This document shows, one piece after another, positions 58,057 to 64,000 of a stretch of 64,000 nucleotides of DNA. Both the position numbers and the translations under genes were made by a program. Below the pieces are notes generated by a model. It worked only from the letters and a program-made list of their open reading frames with translations. It made no database searches and was not told where the DNA came from. The stretch spans positions 13,578,001-13,642,000 of the forward strand of contig OX597836.1 in the NCBI GenBank assembly GCA_951406725.2. Direction: 5' to 3'. Source of the DNA: Octopus vulgaris. Lineage: Eukaryota. Each line of letters opens with the position of its first letter. The stretch's first letter is position 1.

Positions 58057-58234
58057 GTTTTGTTGAATTTTCTGCTGCTTTAAATAAAGTATATATATAT
58101 ACTTCTGGTGACGTTGATGATCGCCTGGGGCTAAATGCATCAGTAACACCCCCACTACCCCGCCCTGTCCCTAGCCACATTCAGATGGCTGATCCCCCTT
58201 ATGTTTTATATATATATATATATATGTATATATA

Positions 58235-58285
<51 letters not shown>

Positions 58286-58640
58286 GAGGGCATGTGTGCC
58301 TGTATATGTACGTATATGCGCGTGTATGTGTGCATCTATGTATTCATGTATATTTATGTATGCTTGTGTGTAAATACATATGTATGTATTTGTATTTATT
58401 TCGCAAAATTCTTGATGCGAAACGGTGCTTTTAAAACACATATTGTATTTTGGGTGGGACATTTTTCCAATTACGGATGTGTTAGCATTTTTCTAATGGA
58501 GTCATTCATTAGTTTGGCTCTACAGCTGATTATTTTAACCCAGGGCCATAGTCGGTACCGCAGGAAATTTTGCAGCTTGGTTAGCCGTACGACAAGCAAT
58601 GGAAGATAAAGATCTGGTTTTAAAACGAATCGTTGAAATC

Positions 58641-59270
58641 AAGGCGGCGAGCTGGCAGAATCGTTAGCATGCCGAGCAAAATTCTTAGCGGTATTTCGTC
58701 TACCGTTACGCTCTGAGTTCAAATTCCGCCGAGGTCGACTTAGCCTTTCGTCCTTTCGGGGTCGATTAAATAAGTACCAGTTACGCACTGGGGTCGATGT
58801 AATCGACTTAATCCGTTTGTCTGTCCTTGTTTGTCCTCTCTGTGTTTAGCCCCTTGTGAGTAGTAAAGAAATAGGTATTTCGTCTGCCGCTACGTTCTGA
58901 GTTCAAATTCCGACGAGCTCGATTTTGCCTTTCATCCTTTCGGGGTTGATAAATTTAGAACCAGTTACGCACTGGGGTCGATATAATCGACTTAATTCGT
59001 TTGTCTGCCCTTGTTTGCTCCCTCTGTGTTTAGCCCCTTGTGGGTAGTAAAGAAATAGGTATTTCGTTTGTGGGTAGTAAAGAAATAGAAATAGGTATTT
59101 CGTCTATCGTTACGTTCTGAGTTCAAATTCCGCCGAGATCGATTTTGCCTTCCATTCTTTCAGGGTCGATAAATTAAGTACCAGTTGAGTGATGGGATCG
59201 ATGTAATTGACATAGTTCTCCCCACCTCCACAAAAACTACTGGCCTTGTGCCAAAATTTGAAACCAATAT
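58641..59270 (+). mobile_element. Head-to-tail SINE family B multimer inside a single TSD
   Basis: Body units restart at GGTATTTCGT (58690, 58874, 59058, 59094). TSD GAATCGTTGAAATC / GAATCATTGAAATC. Confidence 0.88.
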
Positions 59271-59719
59271 GAATCATTGAAATCTTAGTAGATAAACATC
59301 GCATCCACAGGATATGGCAAAAATTTCGTCTTGCAGAAGCATGCCCTGTTCTTGATGGCATCAAAGTCATCTTGAAATTGTCAGTACTTGATGTTCTTAA
59401 AGAACGGAGCACCGCTTGAACACTCACCAGAAACTTGGAGGAAAGATCTGGTGTCGCTTACAGCCACATGTTGCTGACCGTTCTAAATATCCCTCAGAAG
59501 AAGCATTTAACTGTACGACAGGTTTTTGGCAATCACTGATGTCATCAGAGAGAGAGAGAGAGAGATGTGCATTTTTGCAGGACATTGTAGGAGAGTTAAA
59601 CCAGAACTCATTTGTAATTGTGTCCTCTTTTGAACCTATAAGTGACACTGTTGACAATCAGGATATTCGTTGTTTTAAATACGTTGTACTACTGCTTGTG
59701 GTTTAGGTCTTGTAGAAGC

Positions 59720-60250
59720 CTAGTTCTAATCAATCAACAAGTGAGCTAGTGAAAAATATTCCCTACAGAAATAAGCAAGGATGTTAAATGGATGATGCCT
59801 TGATTGTTTTATTTCTGTAGTTTTAGTTAACAATGTAAGTAAACGGATAACCCCGATGTCTTCCAATGAAGATGCTTTTATAAAACAGCCAGGTATTATA
59901 ATAAGGCGCTCAAAAATAGTGGGTTCTCCGACATGATAAGATATGAAAAAAATCAGTGAGAGCAAAAAGTTTATGAATAGGCTCAGGAAAAGGAATATTT
60001 TATGGAAAAACCCATATTTAAAATGTTTACAGTTGGATAGATAGACAAATATAGCAAAATAATTTGACAAAAAATGTGAATTTTTAATTATTTTCTGAGA
60101 TTTTACAAAAACAACAAAAATATTTTTTAATTCCACTCTAAAACTGATATAGTTACGAAATTCTTTTTTTGGCTGAAAGTAGCCAGGAATCATGAAGTGA
60201 CACATAATGTTGATTCTTAGAATGGTTTTTTTAAAGATGTTTAATTCGTG
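59720..60250 (+). mobile_element. Penelope-like element thumb/linker relic
   Basis: LVKNIPTEISK; VSKRITPMSSNEDAF; YYNKALKNSGF; RKRNILWKNPY; TNIAK; KIFFNSTLKL. Confidence 0.78.
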
Positions 60251-60382
60251 CACATTCGCCTGAAGAAAGCATATTTTTCCCCATGTAATAATTCTATTCA
60301 TTAATAACAAAAACGCGTTTGAAACAGCTGTAGTGAATGAACCAAATTCTCTATCTATCTTATCTATCAATCAATCAATCAA

Positions 60383-60429
<47 letters not shown>

Positions 60430-60431
<2 letters not shown>

Positions 60432-60638
60432 TTATAAACAAGGACAAAATAAAAAAATTCCAATACCAAATATGCCGAAAATAGACTTAAATCGTCAATA
60501 ACCACATATAATTCGTCACTATAAGCACGCGTCTCGAAGCTTATAGTGATAATTATATTATGTGGTTAATGATGATTTAAGTCTATTTTCGGCATATTTG
60601 GCATTGGAATTTTTTTTCTTTCGCCCTTGTTTATAAGT
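60430..60638. repeat. Long imperfect palindrome (~97-bp arms, 12-nt loop) between (TA)n tracts
   Basis: ACTTATAAACAAGG...CACTATAAGC [ACGCGTCTCGAA] GCTTATAGTG...CCTTGTTTATAAGT. Confidence 0.92.
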
Positions 60639-60713
60639 TGTTTATAAATTTAAAGGTATTTTTTAATATGCTGGCCACTGATAACATTTTTTCGAAAATA
60701 TTATCCTATATTA

Positions 60714-60750
<37 letters not shown>

Positions 60751-61034
60751 TTATACACCGATATGCGTTTTATAGCATGTTTCATATTCTAAATAAAAAT
60801 ATTTTCAAACATTTAATGAGTTAAGGCACAACAAACTCAGATTATTAGCTGAAAGAGAAACAACGTGATACGCGAAGTACATGAATACTTGGGTCATTCA
60901 ATTAAAATTTATTAAATTAATACTCTCCGTCTTTATGTACTGTGTTACGTAATTTATCACTTCTTAGTGATAAGTTATTTTTTGGTAAATAAACACAGAT
61001 ATTCATGAGTGTGTATGAGTGTATACGTATGTGC

Positions 61035-61065
<31 letters not shown>

Positions 61066-61112
61066 CAGTGGCAACTGATATTCCGTACCAACTAAGGAGG
61101 AATGTATGCTGT

Positions 61113-61182
<70 letters not shown>

Positions 61183-61569
61183 CGTGCGCATGCTTGTGTG
61201 TCTATGTGTATGTGTGTATGTGTGTGTGTGTGTGTGCGTATGTAAAAGTATGATAGACACAGGATGCAGATTGTAACATTTGTTTTCTACGCGCGTTTCG
61301 GCATTGTAGCTATTTGCATCCTTAGCAATGGGTTTTCATTGATCACCCATGTTTTCAGAGGTGAATTATTCAAACCCCAAAGAACCCCTTTCAACATATG
61401 GCTATGGTGCTCCATAACTACTTCTGCTCTTGATCAGAGATTCACATATCGTCAACCCCTAAGGGACACGCTTAATGGTTAAGGTAAAGCAACTAACAAG
61501 CAAATCTTCGGTATTGAACAAAATATTTGATGTAGACCATCTTTTTATGCCAAGACAAATTGCTATCAT

Positions 61570-61779
61570 TATTCAGATGTCATTTTTACCACATGTTTTC
61601 ACTGCACTACTGAGCGCAGCTCTGTGTGCCTTGGGTATGTACTGTGGTTTGTTGTGGTGCTCTTATTTTCACTGTATTGAAAGTGTTCCACGTAGGATGT
61701 GTGCGGTACCTAGTAGTGCTATTTTCTGTATGTTATCTATAAATGTTATCCTGGTGTTTTTGTTATGTATTTGTCTGAA

Positions 61780-61785
<6 letters not shown>
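61570..61785 (-). mobile_element. R4/Dong LINE 3' end next to (ATT)n
   Basis: IQKIALLGTAHILRGTLSIQ*. Confidence 0.82.
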
Positions 61786-61828
<43 letters not shown>

Positions 61829-61897
61829 CATTATTATTATTATCATCATCATCATCATCATCATCATCAGTAGTATAGTAGTAGTAGTAGTAGTAGC

Positions 61898-61952
<55 letters not shown>

Positions 61953-62001
61953 ACCCATTCCCTTCCGCCGAAATTACTGGCGTTGTGCCAAAATTTTAAA
62001 C

Positions 62002-62040
<39 letters not shown>

Positions 62041-62042
62041 CA

Positions 62043-62076
<34 letters not shown>

Positions 62077-62084
62077 CATTATTA

Positions 62085-62157
<73 letters not shown>

Positions 62158-62540
62158 CGTCGTTATGGTTATTATTTCAAGATATTTAAACATCCATCCC
62201 ATTACTCTGGCTTAGAAAAGAAGGATCGTCCTAGGACATATTTATTTCATACGCATATTTTTTTACAAACATCCGTTTTTTTTTTCTGCGTTTATTAGCC
62301 GTTGAATTTAGCCACCTCTGAGGAAGCAGGAGTAAAGGTTAGCAGTGAATATCCATCACCACCACCACCACCACCACCACCACCACTACCACCGCAGATT
62401 TAAAAGATTTTTTCAAAACGAAAAAATATTTTTTAATATAAACAAAAATGATAATTAAACAAACTGATACAGTTATTAGCTGAAGGTTACATTTTGACAA
62501 ACTTAACACAAACTTAAACCATATAAACAAAACTACTTAT

Positions 62541-63530
62541 AACAACAGCAACTCATTCTTTACTAACGTTGTAAATAATAGAAGCAATTCAACGAAAAAG
62601 AGAAGAAAGGAATGACGTACGTTACAAAAGACAGTGCATCTTTGCCTGGTGAATATATTCAGGAAAGAGCGAAGAAAATAAAATGATATATCTCCGTTTT
62701 CAAAAATGTAAAGGCTATCTAATGCTTTCAAAAGAGGAGTTGGACGAAGTCCAGGCTAACGTCTGTTCCATGCTCCTGGAAAACAGCAGCAACTAGTCCT
62801 TTGCAAGCATTGTTAGTGATAAGGAGCTTCTTGGTACGAACAATCTCAATTAAAAGAAGATGAAATAGATGTGATATGGCACAAAAAATAGTACCTCTTT
62901 CTGTGGTGAATATATCAAGTAAAGGGCGAAGAATGATATGACATTCCTCTGTTTCTGAAAGAAAAAAAATGGAAAGGCTTTTATATGCCCTCGAAAGTGG
63001 AGCTGGAAGGAACCCTAACTGTCGTCTGCTCCATTTAACTGGAAAACAACAGCAAATCATCTTTTACAAACGTTGTAACAAGGAGGTTCTCAGTATGAGC
63101 CAGCTTAACGAAAAGAAGAAATGGGTGATCTGTATCACAAAAGACAATACCTCCTTACCTGGTGAATATATCCTGGGAAAAGCGAAGAAAGTGACATGCC
63201 CCTGTTTAAAATAACGAAAGAGGAATTGGACGTAGTTGACATGTACTCCATGTAACTGGGAAACAACAATTCATCTTTTGCGAATGTTATAACAGGAACT
63301 TCGCAGTGTGAACTATCTCAAAGAAAAGAAGGCGAAATGGATGGGGTACGTCACATAAGGTAGTACCTCTCTCCACGTACCTCCCTCCTTCTCTGGTGAG
63401 TATACCAATGAAAGAGCGAAGAGAGGTGACAGAGCCCGCTTTTTAAAAAAAATTATAAGTTTTCCATAAGCCCCCGAAAGAGTAGCTCGACGAATTCCAG
63501 GCTGATGTGTATTCCATTTACATGGGGAAA
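62541..63530 (+). repeat. Four diverged tandem units of ~220-260 bp
   Basis: Anchors GGTGA(A/G)TATA at ~62648, 62905, 63161, 63395, and AAAG(A/T)G..G.T.GA at ~62731, 62993, 63216, 63476. Confidence 0.8.
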
Positions 63531-63735
63531 GCACATGGAACTGTATAGAAAACCGTCGGCTAGATTGAACCTATAATTCGAGAGTTACAATACATGCATC
63601 TCTATGGTATTGAGCAGAATATTTGCTGTAACCATTCTTTTATACAAAGACAAAATAATGTACATGATAACACTTCCAATCAGTTAAGCCACTGTCTGGT
63701 ACTGCATCAGGGCATTTATTACTACTACTATTATT

Positions 63736-63766
<31 letters not shown>

Positions 63767-64000
63767 TTATTATCATCATCATCATCATCATCATCATCCT
63801 CATCATCATCATCATCATCACCATCATCATTATTATTATTATTATCGTTATTATTTCGAACGTCTCCTTCCTATTGAGGATTATACATTGTTGAATTTTT
63901 TTCTTTCCCATTATGTTAAACTTGTTTACATGCAAATCGCCCCTCCCCCCCCCCCCAAAAAAAACACACTTACACACACACATGTTGTTTGCTTTGTCCT

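Noticed and set aside
59726-60370. 214-aa minus-strand ORF
   Set aside because: It is the antisense shadow of a PLE relic whose motifs are on the plus strand.

Overview
Repeat-saturated, AT-rich animal DNA. The SINE families and dense (TA)n/(CA)n/(TACA)n/(TAGA)n/(ATT)n/(GAT)n tracts suggest an octopus genome (inference from sequence style). I recognise no host protein-coding exon: the long ORFs are microsatellite or minisatellite read-through, and the real coding remnants are transposon fragments. The only intact gene is tRNA-Gln(CTG) at 5960-6031, bracketed by 66-bp identical direct repeats. The window also holds about 35 tRNA-derived SINE copies or fragments (3 families), RTE, CR1 and R4/Dong LINE relics, two non-autonomous Helitrons, Tc1/mariner and piggyBac-type MITEs, and decayed Penelope-like elements (PLEs). 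The most interesting signal is a set of short, non-coding elements in (TA)n tracts carrying minimal type-I hammerhead ribozyme motifs (4 copies of one family, plus a second family at 58.0 kb), found alongside PLE RT/GIY-YIG relics. A 1.9-kb 32-bp minisatellite appears to have arisen from a PLE RT coding motif. Coordinates were read by eye, and ends of decayed elements are approximate.
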